The notes: generated from the sequence alone by a model not told the origin. Positions 9,953 through 20,837 are shown, counted from the stretch's first letter. The stretch: 64,000 nucleotides of DNA from Candidatus Desulfosporosinus nitrosoreducens (GCF_030954495.1 NZ_JAVHUW010000082.1:173108-237107), one strand, 5' to 3'. A program made the numbers and translations.

Positions 9953-10540
9953 GTGAAGAGTAGGGAAGAAACCAAGGTGCGACAAGAACGCCGCGATGCT
10001 GCTGAAAATCGTCAGAGAATATTAGATGCGGCAATTAAGCTTTTTGCACAACAGGGTGTTAAGCAAGTCAGTATGAACCAAATTGCGCTGGAAGCTCAAA
10101 TTGGTTCGGGGACTCTTTACCGTCGTTATAAAAACAAAAGTGAGTTGTGTCTGGATTTAATTAAAGACAACATCTTGCTGCTCTTCGAGGACATTGATAG
10201 ATACTTGGAACAGCATCAGACCGCTACACCGCGTCAGCGTTTAAAAGGGGTGCTCAGCCTTTTTATGCGTTTTCGTGAGAAAAAACTTCAGTTGCTGGCA
10301 GGTGTTGAAGAGGGAGCACTAGAGAATAGTCACTTTAAGTTCAATCTGCAGGAAATCGTCGTTCAGCTGCTCGCGGAGATGAACAGAGACGAACATACCG
10401 AAGCGAACACTGTGTTTAAGGCCGATATGTTATTGGTGGCTTTAAGAAGTGATTCTTATATATTTCAGAGAGATGTGCGCGGGTATTCGTCCGAATCGTT
10501 TTTGGAGCAAATTTTCTTGACATTTTTTCCGGAGAGATAA
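9953..10540 (+). CDS. TetR/AcrR-family transcriptional regulator
   Basis: HTH region ILDAAIKLFAQQGVKQVSMNQIALEAQIGSGTLYRRYKNK. A GTG start with a GGAG RBS was chosen because the upstream ATG overlaps the divergent isochorismatase gene. Two tctccactt half-sites lie in the divergent promoter (9862-9912). Confidence 0.75.
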   Translation: MKSREETKVRQERRDAAENRQRILDAAIKLFAQQGVKQVSMNQIALEAQIGSGTLYRRYKNKSELCLDLIKDNILLLFEDIDRYLEQHQTATPRQRLKGVLSLFMRFREKKLQLLAGVEEGALENSHFKFNLQEIVVQLLAEMNRDEHTEANTVFKADMLLVALRSDSYIFQRDVRGYSSESFLEQIFLTFFPER

Positions 10541-10854
10541 CTAGTCTTGAGGCGAATACGATCGAAGGCACATGCCCGCTAATTTTTTGCCATATTTGCG
10601 CCGGACACAATGACTTCCTCCGGCCCCATGAGAATGAAGAAAAAATTAATAGATTTTAAAAAAATGTAGAAAAAATACATTTATTACAGTATAATATTCT
10701 TATAAGTGAATATAAAATATTTTCATAAAATATAATTGCTCCATTAAGGACAAGCTGAGCTGCCTAATAAGTATTGAAGTATTTGTTAGACTTAAACAAG
10801 GAGTTGTAACCATTGGGGATAGACGGTAAGAAAGAGATAAATTTTGAAGTTGCC

Positions 10855-11688
10855 ATGAGAGAAAATTATGATTTACTGACGAATATAGAAAAGAAAATCG
10901 TTGACTATATAATTAAAAATGAATCTGAGATTATTTGGTACACTCTCACTGATTTGGCTGAAAAAATAAGAGCAAGTGAAGCAGCCATAATTAGAACATG
11001 TAAGAAGCTGGGTTATACCGGATTTCAAGAATTTAAAATAAATATGGCCCTTTCTAAAATACATTCGCTTACTAAAGTAGAAAACGAAATAAAAGATATT
11101 GATAACGATGGCAGCATAAAAACGTTATCCGAAAAAGTCCGGCAAATGCATATTATTGCTATAAATGAGGTTTTTGCGAATCTTAACCATACAGAAATAG
11201 AAAACATTGCTAAGAAGTTGCTGGAAGCCAGATTTATTAATTTGTTTGCTTTTGGAGGAACATTGCCAATTGCTGTGGATCTGAATTATAAACTCTTCAG
11301 AATGGGCTTATCTTCTGCTGTCATTGTTGATCAACGAGAGCAGAGAATGAAAGCAGCATTAGCGAAACCTGGGGATGTTTTTTGGGGATTCAACTTTTCA
11401 GGTATGGGGGCTAACCTTTATGATATTCTGCTGTTAGCTCGCGAAAATGGGGCTACAATAATCTCCCTAACCAGCAATAAAAATTCACCTGTGGCTAAAA
11501 TAAGTGATTATAAACTTTTGGGTGTAAATAATTGTGAAACCCTATTTACTGGAACAACGGATCGTTTAACTCAACTCGCCATTATCGATGTTCTCTTTTT
11601 GTATATTATTAACTTAAATAGCGGTGAGATTAGGTCAGCATTGGAAAAGACTCTAAATATTATTGCAGCTGATCAAAATAAGAGATAA
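10855..11688 (+). CDS. RpiR/MurR-family transcriptional regulator (HTH + SIS domain)
   Basis: N-terminal HTH_6 pattern (LTNIEKKIVDYIIKN..YTLTDLAEKIRASEAAIIRTCKKLGYTGFQEFK) and a C-terminal SIS phosphosugar-binding pattern. An alternative upstream TTG start lies at 10813. Confidence 0.75.
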   Translation: MRENYDLLTNIEKKIVDYIIKNESEIIWYTLTDLAEKIRASEAAIIRTCKKLGYTGFQEFKINMALSKIHSLTKVENEIKDIDNDGSIKTLSEKVRQMHIIAINEVFANLNHTEIENIAKKLLEARFINLFAFGGTLPIAVDLNYKLFRMGLSSAVIVDQREQRMKAALAKPGDVFWGFNFSGMGANLYDILLLARENGATIISLTSNKNSPVAKISDYKLLGVNNCETLFTGTTDRLTQLAIIDVLFLYIINLNSGEIRSALEKTLNIIAADQNKR

Positions 11689-11965
11689 GTATATTGAGAA
11701 TTCAATTTTAATTAGGACTTTTTCCAGACAAAAATTTTTTAAAATTTTTAGAAGAAATAATTCATTTTTTATTATTATATTGGAGATAAAATTCTCATAG
11801 AAATAACTTATTGTGGTCTCTAGTTTCCTTAAAGAAATTAATAATTTCCGGATGGGGAACTTCAGTAAATAACCTAAAGGTGGTGGTAATCGGAACAATT
11901 GAATTAAATTGTCAGATGGTACAAATAGCAGTTACTTGTCACCCTCATTAATGAATTTAAGGATA

Positions 11966-12140
11966 GAAAAAAACGGAAAGGTCCGCCAATGATCCAAGTT
12001 TATCCGCTGACTAATCCGCTCTAAGACTCCCGCTTCGGCAAGCGGTGAGTTAAGAGCGGGCTAAGTCCCTGGATAAGTGCGACTAAGATTCAGATGGAGT
12101 TAAAACCCCACCTGAATCAAGTCTTCTTTAATTGGAACGT
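11966..12140 (-). repeat. copy 1 of an ~180-nt structured repeat / sRNA candidate (three hairpins plus an intrinsic terminator), transcribed leftward
   Basis: 85-90% identical to 53372-53565 and 61178-61350 in reverse orientation. Ends with cggacctttccg followed by ttttttt on the minus strand. Confidence 0.6.
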
Positions 12141-12310
12141 CTTAAGACAAAACATGTTTATTTTCTTCTCTGTGATTTATTATTTTGTGTGGTAACGTTG
12201 TTTCAAAGCCGAGGAAAATATAAAAGCCTAACGGGTGAAAAGTTAGGCGAATCAACAATTGTGAGATTTCGCAATTGCTTATAGATTAATAAACAAAGGA
12301 GGAGTAAGAA

Positions 12311-13738
12311 ATGTCAAATTCAAATTATCTTGATGAAGTTAAGAACACACCCGCAGATGAAATGATGAGCATAGGTAAATTGTCTGTTTTGGGATTACAA
12401 CAGGTGTTGGCAATGTTCGCAAGCTCAATTGCAATTCCGATTATTGTTTCGGGAGCATTAAAATTGCCTTTAAACGTGATGGCTATTTTGATTGCTTCAT
12501 CATGTTTTGCAACTGGTATATGCACTGCTTTTCAATCGATTGGTTTAAAAAGATATTTAGGCATAAGATTACCCATTGTTTTAGGGTGTGGTATGGCATC
12601 TGTAGCACCAATTTTGCTCATAATTAATAATCTCTCATCTAATATCGCCGGAGGCGGCTCGGGCCTTTCAATTGATCAATCTGTGGCATTAAGAACTGTT
12701 TTTGGTGCCACAATTATAGCTGGTATAGTTGCTTTTTTAGTTGCTCCTATACTTGGAAGACTGTCTTCATTGTTTTCCAAAATTGTTATAGGGTGCTTAC
12801 TATTAACGGTCGGTTCATCATTATTTAATGCTGCATTAAACAATATAGTTGGAGTTCCTAATACACCTAGTTATGGTAATGCCCAAAATATTTGGATAGC
12901 TCTTATTACATTACTGGCAATTGTGTTACTATATAGATTCGTAAATCAAAAATTAAGAAGTGTCGCTATATTGTTCGGGATATTAATTGGCTTTGTAGTG
13001 TCTATCTTTGCTGGAATTGTAAATTTTGCTCCTGTAATTAATGCCGGATGGATTGGATTGCCTCAGCCTTTCAAATTTGGAGCCCCTATTTTCACAAACA
13101 TTAACGCCGATCTCTTGCTTATAATTGTTTCCTTAATCAACTCAATCGAAGCTATCGGCTGTTTCAGTGTAGTATCAAACTTATGCGGATCACCTATGCC
13201 GACTAAAAGAATGATTAGTGGTTTAAGAGCAGAAGGTATATGTGTTGCATTTTCAGGTATGTTTAATTCTTTCTCCCTAACATCATTTTCTTCAAATATA
13301 GGAATTTTATTGCTGTCAGGAATACGCTCAAGATGGACAACTTTCGTAGGCGGTATTATTTTAGTAGCCTTTGGATTAATTCCTAAAACAGCAGCTTTTA
13401 TTACTATAATCCCAAGTTGTGTGCTTGGCGCAGGTATTTTAGCAATTTGTGGCTCCGTTTTGGTAGCTGGCATTATCAATTTAAAACAAGTTAATTTAGA
13501 TTATTATGGAAACGTAATAACCATAGCTATCTCTGTAGGAGTAGGTGTTGCATTTAATGGAAAACAAGCAGCTTTATCACAGATGCCAACTTTTGTGAAA
13601 GATATTTTGCCAGGTGGTGTAATATGTACAGTGATTATTGCTGTGTTGCTTAACTTGCTCTTCAATTTTAAAGAAATAAAGGAAAATTTTAAAGCATTAA
13701 ATGCAAAAGAAAAATTAAGCGTGGAAAAAGCTATCTAA
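12311..13738 (+). CDS. nucleobase:cation symporter-2 (NCS2) family permease (xanthine/uracil/purine permease)
   Basis: About 12 TM helices and an NCS2-like sequence pattern throughout. Has a GGAG RBS. Confidence 0.75.
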   Translation: MSNSNYLDEVKNTPADEMMSIGKLSVLGLQQVLAMFASSIAIPIIVSGALKLPLNVMAILIASSCFATGICTAFQSIGLKRYLGIRLPIVLGCGMASVAPILLIINNLSSNIAGGGSGLSIDQSVALRTVFGATIIAGIVAFLVAPILGRLSSLFSKIVIGCLLLTVGSSLFNAALNNIVGVPNTPSYGNAQNIWIALITLLAIVLLYRFVNQKLRSVAILFGILIGFVVSIFAGIVNFAPVINAGWIGLPQPFKFGAPIFTNINADLLLIIVSLINSIEAIGCFSVVSNLCGSPMPTKRMISGLRAEGICVAFSGMFNSFSLTSFSSNIGILLLSGIRSRWTTFVGGIILVAFGLIPKTAAFITIIPSCVLGAGILAICGSVLVAGIINLKQVNLDYYGNVITIAISVGVGVAFNGKQAALSQMPTFVKDILPGGVICTVIIAVLLNLLFNFKEIKENFKALNAKEKLSVEKAI

Positions 13739-13927
13739 AGATAAGTACCTCTCGAAAAGGATTTTGCTGCCCCTTTGGAAATCACAGATAAAGGAATTCT
13801 TTAAAGGGTTGTTGTGGAGTTTGCTTGTTTGGTCACTTCTGAATTCCCACAAAATCCTAATGAATTCCTTTTTGTTTCGGGGTGTTTTGAGACAAAAGTT
13901 CCTTAGTTTTTCAGGGGAATATGGGTA

Positions 13928-14701
13928 ATGGGGGTTGCAATGAATACTATTATTGTTGTTAATATCATAATCGGATTCTTACTTGGAAGTACAAGTGTTT
14001 CTGGATTTTTACTTCCAATATTTTATCATGAAAGCTTAAAATTGAACGCTTCCGCTACCCTTTCAGTCAGCTTTTTTGTTTTTTTTATTGCAGGGATTAT
14101 TGCTTCGTATATTTATTATAAAAAAGGTGATTTAGACTTAAAATTGTCATGTGTGATGGGAATTGGAAGTTTTGTTGGGGCTATCATAGGAGTTTTCTTA
14201 AATTCGCTTATTCCTGAACGTATAGTTATAGTAATATTATATGTTGTTGTTCTTCTATCAGGAATATCTATTATTGTAAGAACATACACAAGTCCTAAAA
14301 GCCAAAGAAATGATTCACCTAATAAGATATTATCAAACAATATATTTGTTGTAACCTTTGGTTTATTAACAAGCATAATATGTTCATTTTCCGGAGCAGG
14401 TGGTCCAGTTTTAGTTATGCCGTTATTGGTTGCGTTAGGGTTAAATGCTCGTGTTGCCATTGGAGTTGCGTTGTTTGATTCAGTATTTATCGCGCTTCCG
14501 GCTTTTGTAGGATATACATTAAAATCCAATACCCATTCAATTATGTATTTGTTTATCTTAAGTAGTATAGCTCTTTCTATTGGAGTAGTATCCGGAAGTC
14601 TCGTTGTAAATAAAATTCCTCAAAAACCATTAAAATTAGCAATTGCAATATTTCCGATTGCAATTGCTATATGGAAACTATTTCAACTTCAAAAGGGGTA
14701 G
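13928..14701 (+). CDS. TauE/SafE (DUF81) family sulfite-exporter-like membrane protein
   Basis: Two 4-TM repeats with the pattern GAGGPVLVMPLLVALGLNARVAIGVALF typical of DUF81. Confidence 0.65.
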   Translation: MGVAMNTIIVVNIIIGFLLGSTSVSGFLLPIFYHESLKLNASATLSVSFFVFFIAGIIASYIYYKKGDLDLKLSCVMGIGSFVGAIIGVFLNSLIPERIVIVILYVVVLLSGISIIVRTYTSPKSQRNDSPNKILSNNIFVVTFGLLTSIICSFSGAGGPVLVMPLLVALGLNARVAIGVALFDSVFIALPAFVGYTLKSNTHSIMYLFILSSIALSIGVVSGSLVVNKIPQKPLKLAIAIFPIAIAIWKLFQLQKG

Positions 14702-14706
14702 AAAAT

Positions 14707-16020
14707 ATGAACTGTGATATCTTAATTAAGAATACAAGTTTTTTAAACGAAAATTTTGCTATTGTAAAAGGTAAAAATATTGCCATAAATAATGGGAAAA
14801 TCGAATCAATATTTGATTGCCTGGAAAACGACTATACATCTGATAATTTTATAGACGGTAAAGATATTGTATGGATGCCAGGTCTGGTTGATGGACACTT
14901 GCATACAAGCCAACAACTTTTAAGAGGTAGACTATTAGATGAACGTCCTGTTATTTGGAAAAGAATAAACATTCCTCACGAAAGCAAATTGACGGAGGAA
15001 GGATCAGAATTAAGTTCCAAAATTGCAGCTTTGGAAATGATTAAAAGCGGAACAACTGGTTTTGTAGATATTGGCGGCAAATATGTTGAAAACTTTGCAT
15101 CTGTTTACGAAAAGTCTGGTTTACGTTGTGCACTCACATATATGACAAATGACAATCCCTTTGCCCCAGAATCATTAAGAACTACTGTAACAGAAGGAAT
15201 AGATAGGCTTATCGATCTCTACAATAAGTATGAAAATAAACATAAGCGAATGAAAGTCTTTTTTTCGGTACCTTCATTAACAGTAGCATCTGAAGAAATG
15301 ATAACAGCGGTTTTTTCTGAAGCAAAAAAAAGAGATATCCCTGTTGAAACGCATATGAATGAATATAGCAGTGAAGTATTTGAGTTTATAGAAAAATATC
15401 AACTAAGACCATTTGAATATTTGGAGAAAAATAATCTAATTGGGAAGTTTATAGCAGCACATTGTATTTTTCTTTCTGAAACAGAAATCGAAATAATTAA
15501 AAATCACGATGTTAAAGTTATACATTGTCCATTTAGTAATAGTGCTAAAGGAGTGCCAAGAACACCGCAATTACTTGCTAATAATATATCTGTAGGATTT
15601 GGCACAGATGGTAGCGGTCATGGTGGATTAGATTTATTTAAAGATATGAGATTATTCAGAGGAATTATGAATGCGGTTATTGGAACAGGAAGTGCCGATT
15701 ATCAAATTATGCCATCAAAAACTCTTTTAAAAATTGCCACCCAAGGTGGATCAAATTCCTTGTTTTCAGACAATATCGGCAAACTTAAAGAAGGCTACTT
15801 TGCTGATTTGATAGGTATTGATTTGATGCAGCCACATATTTACCCAACGCAAAATTTAGTTAATTCACTGGTTGAAAGTGTTTGCGGAAATGATGTAAAG
15901 CATATGATTGTACATGGTAATTTGATTATGAAAAACCGGGAAATCGTAACGATGGATGAAGAAAAAATATTATATGAAATGAAAAAGTTTATTGAGGATG
16001 GCAAATTAGAGGTGTTTTAA
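14707..16020 (+). CDS. amidohydrolase-family deaminase/chlorohydrolase (guanine/cytosine/MTA-deaminase-like)
   Basis: Metal-binding MPGLVDGHLHTSQQLLRG (HxH), later HCPFSN and GTDGSG motifs. A start at 14707 with an AAGGGG RBS was chosen to avoid overlap. Confidence 0.75.
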   Translation: MNCDILIKNTSFLNENFAIVKGKNIAINNGKIESIFDCLENDYTSDNFIDGKDIVWMPGLVDGHLHTSQQLLRGRLLDERPVIWKRINIPHESKLTEEGSELSSKIAALEMIKSGTTGFVDIGGKYVENFASVYEKSGLRCALTYMTNDNPFAPESLRTTVTEGIDRLIDLYNKYENKHKRMKVFFSVPSLTVASEEMITAVFSEAKKRDIPVETHMNEYSSEVFEFIEKYQLRPFEYLEKNNLIGKFIAAHCIFLSETEIEIIKNHDVKVIHCPFSNSAKGVPRTPQLLANNISVGFGTDGSGHGGLDLFKDMRLFRGIMNAVIGTGSADYQIMPSKTLLKIATQGGSNSLFSDNIGKLKEGYFADLIGIDLMQPHIYPTQNLVNSLVESVCGNDVKHMIVHGNLIMKNREIVTMDEEKILYEMKKFIEDGKLEVF

Positions 16021-16145
16021 TAGGAAAGCGAGAAAAGACTAGCCAATAATTTTTGTTTTCAGATGACCAATTCAAAAGGCTGATTCCCAAAACAGTATAA
16101 ATAAGCACATCAAATACGTTGCAAGTGAAGGATTTTTTAATAACG

Positions 16146-16195
16146 ATAAATTCGCCCAGATTTTCATTGGCTGAAGATCTGGGCGAATTTTTATG
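16146..16195. terminator. bidirectional rho-independent terminator (13-bp perfect stem)
   Basis: aattcgcccagat..atctgggcgaatt followed by ttttt. Confidence 0.65.
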
Positions 16196-16612
16196 TCAGT
16201 TTTTATGTCAGGCTATTTTTCCACCGCTTATCACTAAAAAACATAGGCATACGCAGGTTTGAGGGGATATTGATCCAAGATTAATTTCAATTTCGAAATA
16301 AAGGAGTTTTCTACCTGATTATTTAATAGAAACTGAAATCAATTAGACACTCTATTATACGTCTAGATAAGGTTTAACAATGGCCGCGGTTTTGCGGTTT
16401 AAATATTTTTACTAAATTTTGCCCCCAAAAATCTTAATTTGGTGAGCCTGTTTACGGAATTGAGTCAAGAAGTTGTTCATGTGGACTTGTAATTCTGAGA
16501 TTTTCATAACCATATTTATTTTATAAATCAACAATAATTTTGTCAGATAATTACTTGTTCTTTCGTATTAGAAAGTGAGAAGTTTCTTAACTGAAAAGAG
16601 GGAGGTTAAAGG

Positions 16613-17173
16613 GTGGAATTAAATGAAACTAACTTTATCCTGAAAATGAAAAAGAGAGAGAGTAGGGCTTTGGAATTTGTAGTTGACAGTTATAGCAATC
16701 TGGTTTTTAAAGTTGTACGTAGTGTTTTGAATACAAGTTTCTACTCTCAACATATTGAAGAATGTGTTAATGAAGTTTTTTGGTCAGTGTGGAACAATAT
16801 TCAAAGTTTTGACGAGAGTAAAGGTAATTTTAAATATTGGATTACTGCGGTAACGAAATACAAAGCGATTGACTTCAAAAGAAAGCTATTGAAACTAAAT
16901 ACTACGGAATGTATTCATGATTTTACTTTCTCTAACGAAGAAAGTACGGAAAACATAGTAATTTCCAAGGAAAACAGAGAAGAACTATTAATGGCAATAT
17001 CTGATATGAAAGATGAGGATCGAGAAATATTCATCAGAAGATATTTCTTGTTTGAAGAAATTGAAAGTATAGCTAAAACCTTTCATGTTGATAGAAATTT
17101 AGTTGATAAAAGGCTTTCAAGAGGACGCAAGTTTTTAAAAGGAAAGCTTATTTCTTTGAAAGGAGAGATATAA
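16613..17173 (+). CDS. RNA polymerase sigma-70 factor, ECF subfamily
   Basis: Region 2 (..YWITAVTKYKAIDFKRK) and a region-4 HTH (DREIFIRRYFLFEEIESIAKTFHVDRNLVDKRLSRGRKFL). Confidence 0.8.
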   Translation: MELNETNFILKMKKRESRALEFVVDSYSNLVFKVVRSVLNTSFYSQHIEECVNEVFWSVWNNIQSFDESKGNFKYWITAVTKYKAIDFKRKLLKLNTTECIHDFTFSNEESTENIVISKENREELLMAISDMKDEDREIFIRRYFLFEEIESIAKTFHVDRNLVDKRLSRGRKFLKGKLISLKGEI

Positions 17174-17174
17174 G

Positions 17175-18620
17175 ATGAATTACAAAGATTTTAATCTTGA
17201 GGAAAAAGATATCTTTAAGTTATTTAATCAAGTAAGCTTTGAGGAAAACGAAAGTGAGTTAAATGATCTAGATTGTGATGAAATATCACAGTTTCAAAAA
17301 GAAAAGATTAAAAAACATTTAAATAAAAGGATTAAAGGCAATTTTAGTTTGAGATTATTTAAATATTGTTCTACGGCGGTTGCCGTTGGGTTAGTGTGCT
17401 TAATTGGAATCGGCACAGCTTATCCTGCCTTTGCAGAAAATGTTCCTATCTTGAACTCGATCAGCCAAGCTCTTAATAGCCAATTTGGATATCAGGGAAA
17501 TTATGCTGAATACTCTCAAATGATCAATAAAAGTGTAACGGATAATGGGATAACAGTAACAATAAATGAAGCCCTTGCGGATAATTCAAAATTGATTATA
17601 GGATATACAATAAAAAGTGCTAAAAAAATTAATGATTTAGAGGTACTAGGGATTTCCAGATTCTTAAAGATAAATGGAAAAGTTGTTTCAGGAGAAGGCA
17701 GTGGTATGGGGAATTATCAAGACGACAATACTTATGTGGGCAGTGAAGAATTTCACACTAACTTGCCCCAAAACTCAGATAGATTTAATGTCGATTTTGA
17801 TATCAATGACATCAAGGGCATAAAAGGGAAATGGGATTTTGCCTTCAGTGTGTCTAAGGACGAATTAACTAAACATAGCACTGTATTTAACCCTGAAAAA
17901 GTAGTTGATTTTCCAGATAGTAAGGTGACTATCGACAAAGTAGTCTTTTCACCAATTGATACAGCTATTTTGCTCAGCGGAAATTATACGGATAAAAATA
18001 GACAATTAAAAGATAGTATCTTTGATTATAATTACTGGCTCGCTTTTGATGATGAGGGAGTAGAGCTAATACCGAAAGGTATTGGCGGAGGAAGCAGTAA
18101 CTTAACAACGCAGACTTTCCACAGTGAAATGGATTATGAGACTATGAAAAATATACCTAAATATTTAACCATTGTGCCCTGTAAGATTATCCCTTCAGCC
18201 GGAGGCGGTGTGAAGATGGATGCGGATGGTAAGGAAGCAAAGCAAAATGTTGAAACTGAGAAGCCTGTAGAAATAAACAAAGTAATTGATGGAGTATATC
18301 CTATTGAACTTCCCCAAGGTGGATTTGGGAAGCTGATTATTAATGAAATCAATACAGAAAATGACACTACCACTATTAATTTCACAGCAGAAGGTAAAGC
18401 CCCTTATTTTCAGGCAACTGAATTTTTTCTCAAAGATAATACTGGGGAAATATTGATCCCTAAAACCTATGTTAAACGGAAAGACAAACAGAACCCCAAC
18501 GAATTCACAATTGCTTTTACAGCATTAGATCCAAACAAGAAATATACTGTTAGCACAACAGCGCTAAATAATGTGGAATTGAGAGAAGATTTGAAATTTA
18601 AGATTGAGCTAAACAACTAA
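17175..18620 (+). CDS. anti-sigma factor-like membrane protein (DUF4179-like), cognate to the upstream ECF sigma
   Basis: Translationally coupled to the sigma gene (ATAAGATG overlap). One TM helix (VAVGLVCLIGIGTAYPAFA) followed by a large extracytoplasmic domain. Confidence 0.6.
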   Translation: MNYKDFNLEEKDIFKLFNQVSFEENESELNDLDCDEISQFQKEKIKKHLNKRIKGNFSLRLFKYCSTAVAVGLVCLIGIGTAYPAFAENVPILNSISQALNSQFGYQGNYAEYSQMINKSVTDNGITVTINEALADNSKLIIGYTIKSAKKINDLEVLGISRFLKINGKVVSGEGSGMGNYQDDNTYVGSEEFHTNLPQNSDRFNVDFDINDIKGIKGKWDFAFSVSKDELTKHSTVFNPEKVVDFPDSKVTIDKVVFSPIDTAILLSGNYTDKNRQLKDSIFDYNYWLAFDDEGVELIPKGIGGGSSNLTTQTFHSEMDYETMKNIPKYLTIVPCKIIPSAGGGVKMDADGKEAKQNVETEKPVEINKVIDGVYPIELPQGGFGKLIINEINTENDTTTINFTAEGKAPYFQATEFFLKDNTGEILIPKTYVKRKDKQNPNEFTIAFTALDPNKKYTVSTTALNNVELREDLKFKIELNN

Positions 18621-19006
18621 CGGTTAAAATCGAAAAATTGGTAAAAGCATCAACCACTGAGGTCAAGGGATGTAAAAATCTCGTTGACCTAACGATTACG
18701 GATACTTAAGTCCGATCCTCATGTTGGATGGGTCCTGATGCAAAAAAGTTCTAGTAATGTAGATACAGATTTGGATCGATTAGAGAACAGTCAAGATGAA
18801 CAATTAATGTGCTTGCAAAGTCGATGTTTTGGCAACTCCAGACACTTCGATGTGACATCATTGTTATTTCAATACGGTAACATCAACCCATGCGTTACTT
18901 CTATTGAAGGTTTATGTAATAAAAAATAGACCAAGAATCCCTGGAGGAGACATATCATATAAGCCTGCCAAGGATTCTTGGTTATTATAATCCTCGATAG
19001 AGAGAA

Positions 19007-19378
19007 TTATTTTACTGCAGGGATAATCTCCAGCCAATAATTATCCGGATCATTAATGAAGTAGATGCCCATTTCTTTATTCTCGTAGCAGATGCAGCCC
19101 ATAGTCTTATGGTGTGCATAGGCGGCCTCAAAATCATTGACCTTAAAAGCTAGGTGGAATTCATTTTCTCCTAAGTTATAGGGTGTAGTTCTTTCCTTTA
19201 ACCAGGTTAGCTCTAAGCTGTGGGGAGTGACCCCGTCGCCGAGATAAACGAGAATAAAGTTGCCATCCGGCTGCCGGTACCTTTTCACCTCTTTCAGGCC
19301 TAGGGCTTCCTTGTAGAACTCTAGGCTTTTTTCCAGATTAAGGACATTGAGGTTGTTATGGTCAAAGCGAAACTCCAT
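19007..19378 (-). CDS. glyoxalase/bleomycin-resistance/VOC-family protein (lactoylglutathione-lyase-like)
   Basis: N-terminus FDHNNLNVLNLEKSLEFYKEALGLK and length typical of glyoxalase I. Preceded downstream by a 10-bp-stem terminator at 18930-18985. Confidence 0.75.
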   Translation of the reverse strand: MEFRFDHNNLNVLNLEKSLEFYKEALGLKEVKRYRQPDGNFILVYLGDGVTPHSLELTWLKERTTPYNLGENEFHLAFKVNDFEAAYAHHKTMGCICYENKEMGIYFINDPDNYWLEIIPAVK

Positions 19379-19461
19379 GTAAAATCTTCCTCCTCTACTA
19401 AGTGTTTTCTTCCGCTAGACTAATTTTCCAGTATCCATAATTATTGTATAATCGTTAAGAG

Positions 19462-20166
19462 GTGATAACAATGGAGACACCAACGATTCGAATTAAATAT
19501 TTATATCACAGTGGTTTTCTGGTGGAAACGGATCTGCATCTGCTGATATTTGATTATTATCAAGGTGCTGTTCAACCAATAATTAAAGAAAGTCCCAAAA
19601 AGATTGTGGTTTTTTGTTACCACAGCCACCCCGACCATTATAATCCGGCGATTCTGGAATGGCAAAAGGATCGAGTGGATATTCAGGATGTCTTTAGTCG
19701 GGAAAATATCATTTCCCAATCAGCCAAAAACATCAATTATCTGTCGCCTTATGAGGAACTGGAACTGGGTGACCTAAAAGTTAAGGCCTTTAATTCTACG
19801 GATATCGGCGTTTCATTTCTGGTCCAAGCGGATGGGATGCGCATCTTTCATGCCGGAGATCTGAATTGGTGGTATTGGATTGATACTCCGGAGGAGATGG
19901 CTAAAGCTGAACGAGATTTTAAGGCTGAGGTCCAACACCTGAAGGGAGAGATCATAGATATTGCCTTCTTCCCCGTGGACCCAAGGCTGGAGGAAAACTA
20001 CGGTGCAGGGGGTGAGTACTTCATCCGGGAGCTTAAACCGAAGATTTTTGTTCCCATGCACTTCGGGGACAGTCCTGAAATCACAAGGAGATTCAGGGAA
20101 AAAATGCAAGGCTCCCTAACTAGGATTGCTGAACTAACCCAGATAGGGCAGGAGTTAGTAATTTAA
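19462..20166 (+). CDS. MBL-fold metallo-hydrolase
   Basis: Contains the H-x-H-x-D-H motif (YHSHPDHYNP). Confidence 0.7.
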   Translation: MITMETPTIRIKYLYHSGFLVETDLHLLIFDYYQGAVQPIIKESPKKIVVFCYHSHPDHYNPAILEWQKDRVDIQDVFSRENIISQSAKNINYLSPYEELELGDLKVKAFNSTDIGVSFLVQADGMRIFHAGDLNWWYWIDTPEEMAKAERDFKAEVQHLKGEIIDIAFFPVDPRLEENYGAGGEYFIRELKPKIFVPMHFGDSPEITRRFREKMQGSLTRIAELTQIGQELVI

Positions 20167-20392
20167 CCTTAATAAAAGAAAGAGAGTGTGGTGGGCAATA
20201 CTGGTGGTTTTGCGTCTACTTTAATGTTATGAGATAATTAAGTTACGAGATAATTAAACCCAAAGGAAGTGGTGTAATGGGTAAAGTTATTGACGGGATA
20301 ACCTACGTGCATTCAGAGGAAGATAACTCTAGCAGTTCATTTATGGATACCTATTTTGTTACTGCAAATGAGTCGGGGCGGTTAAAGAAAAT

Positions 20393-20578
20393 GTGGACAT
20401 GGTTAACTCTAATCTTCTTTTTGATAGGATCAACCATATCAATCTTAAGTTTTTTATTGAGGTAAGTCGGCAATCTATCTGGTGGACCGATCCGGATAGG
20501 GAGCGCCAGTTGGTCGAACGACTTAGAAACCACGGCGTTGATGTTGTGCCAGATAAATGGGAACTTAAGGAAGGTTGA
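20393..20578 (+). pseudogene. TIR-domain N-terminal fragment (truncated, about 60 aa)
   Basis: KFFIEVSRQSIWW...LVERLRNHGVDVVPDKWELKEG matches the TIR opening pattern (hydrophobic-F-I-S-x-S...W...L..G..VW.DkW.ikpG). The ORF stops after 61 aa, and a competing overlapping frame is present. Confidence 0.35.
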
Positions 20579-20705
20579 GATAAATATACTTTCATGGAGC
20601 TTAAATACATATCCTGATGAATGCCCAAACGGAAGTGAAAAGAAGATAAAAAAACCGTTGCCTGTCTTGAGGTTACAGCCTTAACATTCCTTTCCCAAGA
20701 AGAGC

Positions 20706-20747
20706 CGGTTAAGGTTGTCCCAAAATCGACAACGTTGTCGATTTTGG
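20706..20747. repeat. perfect 42-bp palindrome (20-bp arms)
   Basis: ggttgtcccaaaatcgacaa cg ttgtcgattttgggacaacc. No U-tract. Lies immediately upstream of the transposase remnant. Confidence 0.6.
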
Positions 20748-20837
20748 GACAACCTCTGCATGGTTCTCACACTTCCGGGCTTAGTCACATATTCTGGAAA
20801 TATAGCGCTGAAATGGGCGGACAATAATATGAATGAT

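Noticed and set aside
11966-12140. The structured repeat copies acting as cis-regulatory leaders or riboswitches of neighbouring genes
   Set aside because: Copy 1 is divergent from the permease gene. Copies 2 and 3 are antisense to their flanking genes. Each carries its own terminator, which fits independent transcripts or mobile repeats better.
12126-12310. Purine riboswitch upstream of the NCS2 permease/amidohydrolase cluster
   Set aside because: The leader lacks the conserved purine-riboswitch junction sequences (UAUA..GGAUAUGGCCC..GUUUCUACC..CCGUAAAU). Only a generic hairpin (gcctaacgggtgaaaagttaggc) is present.
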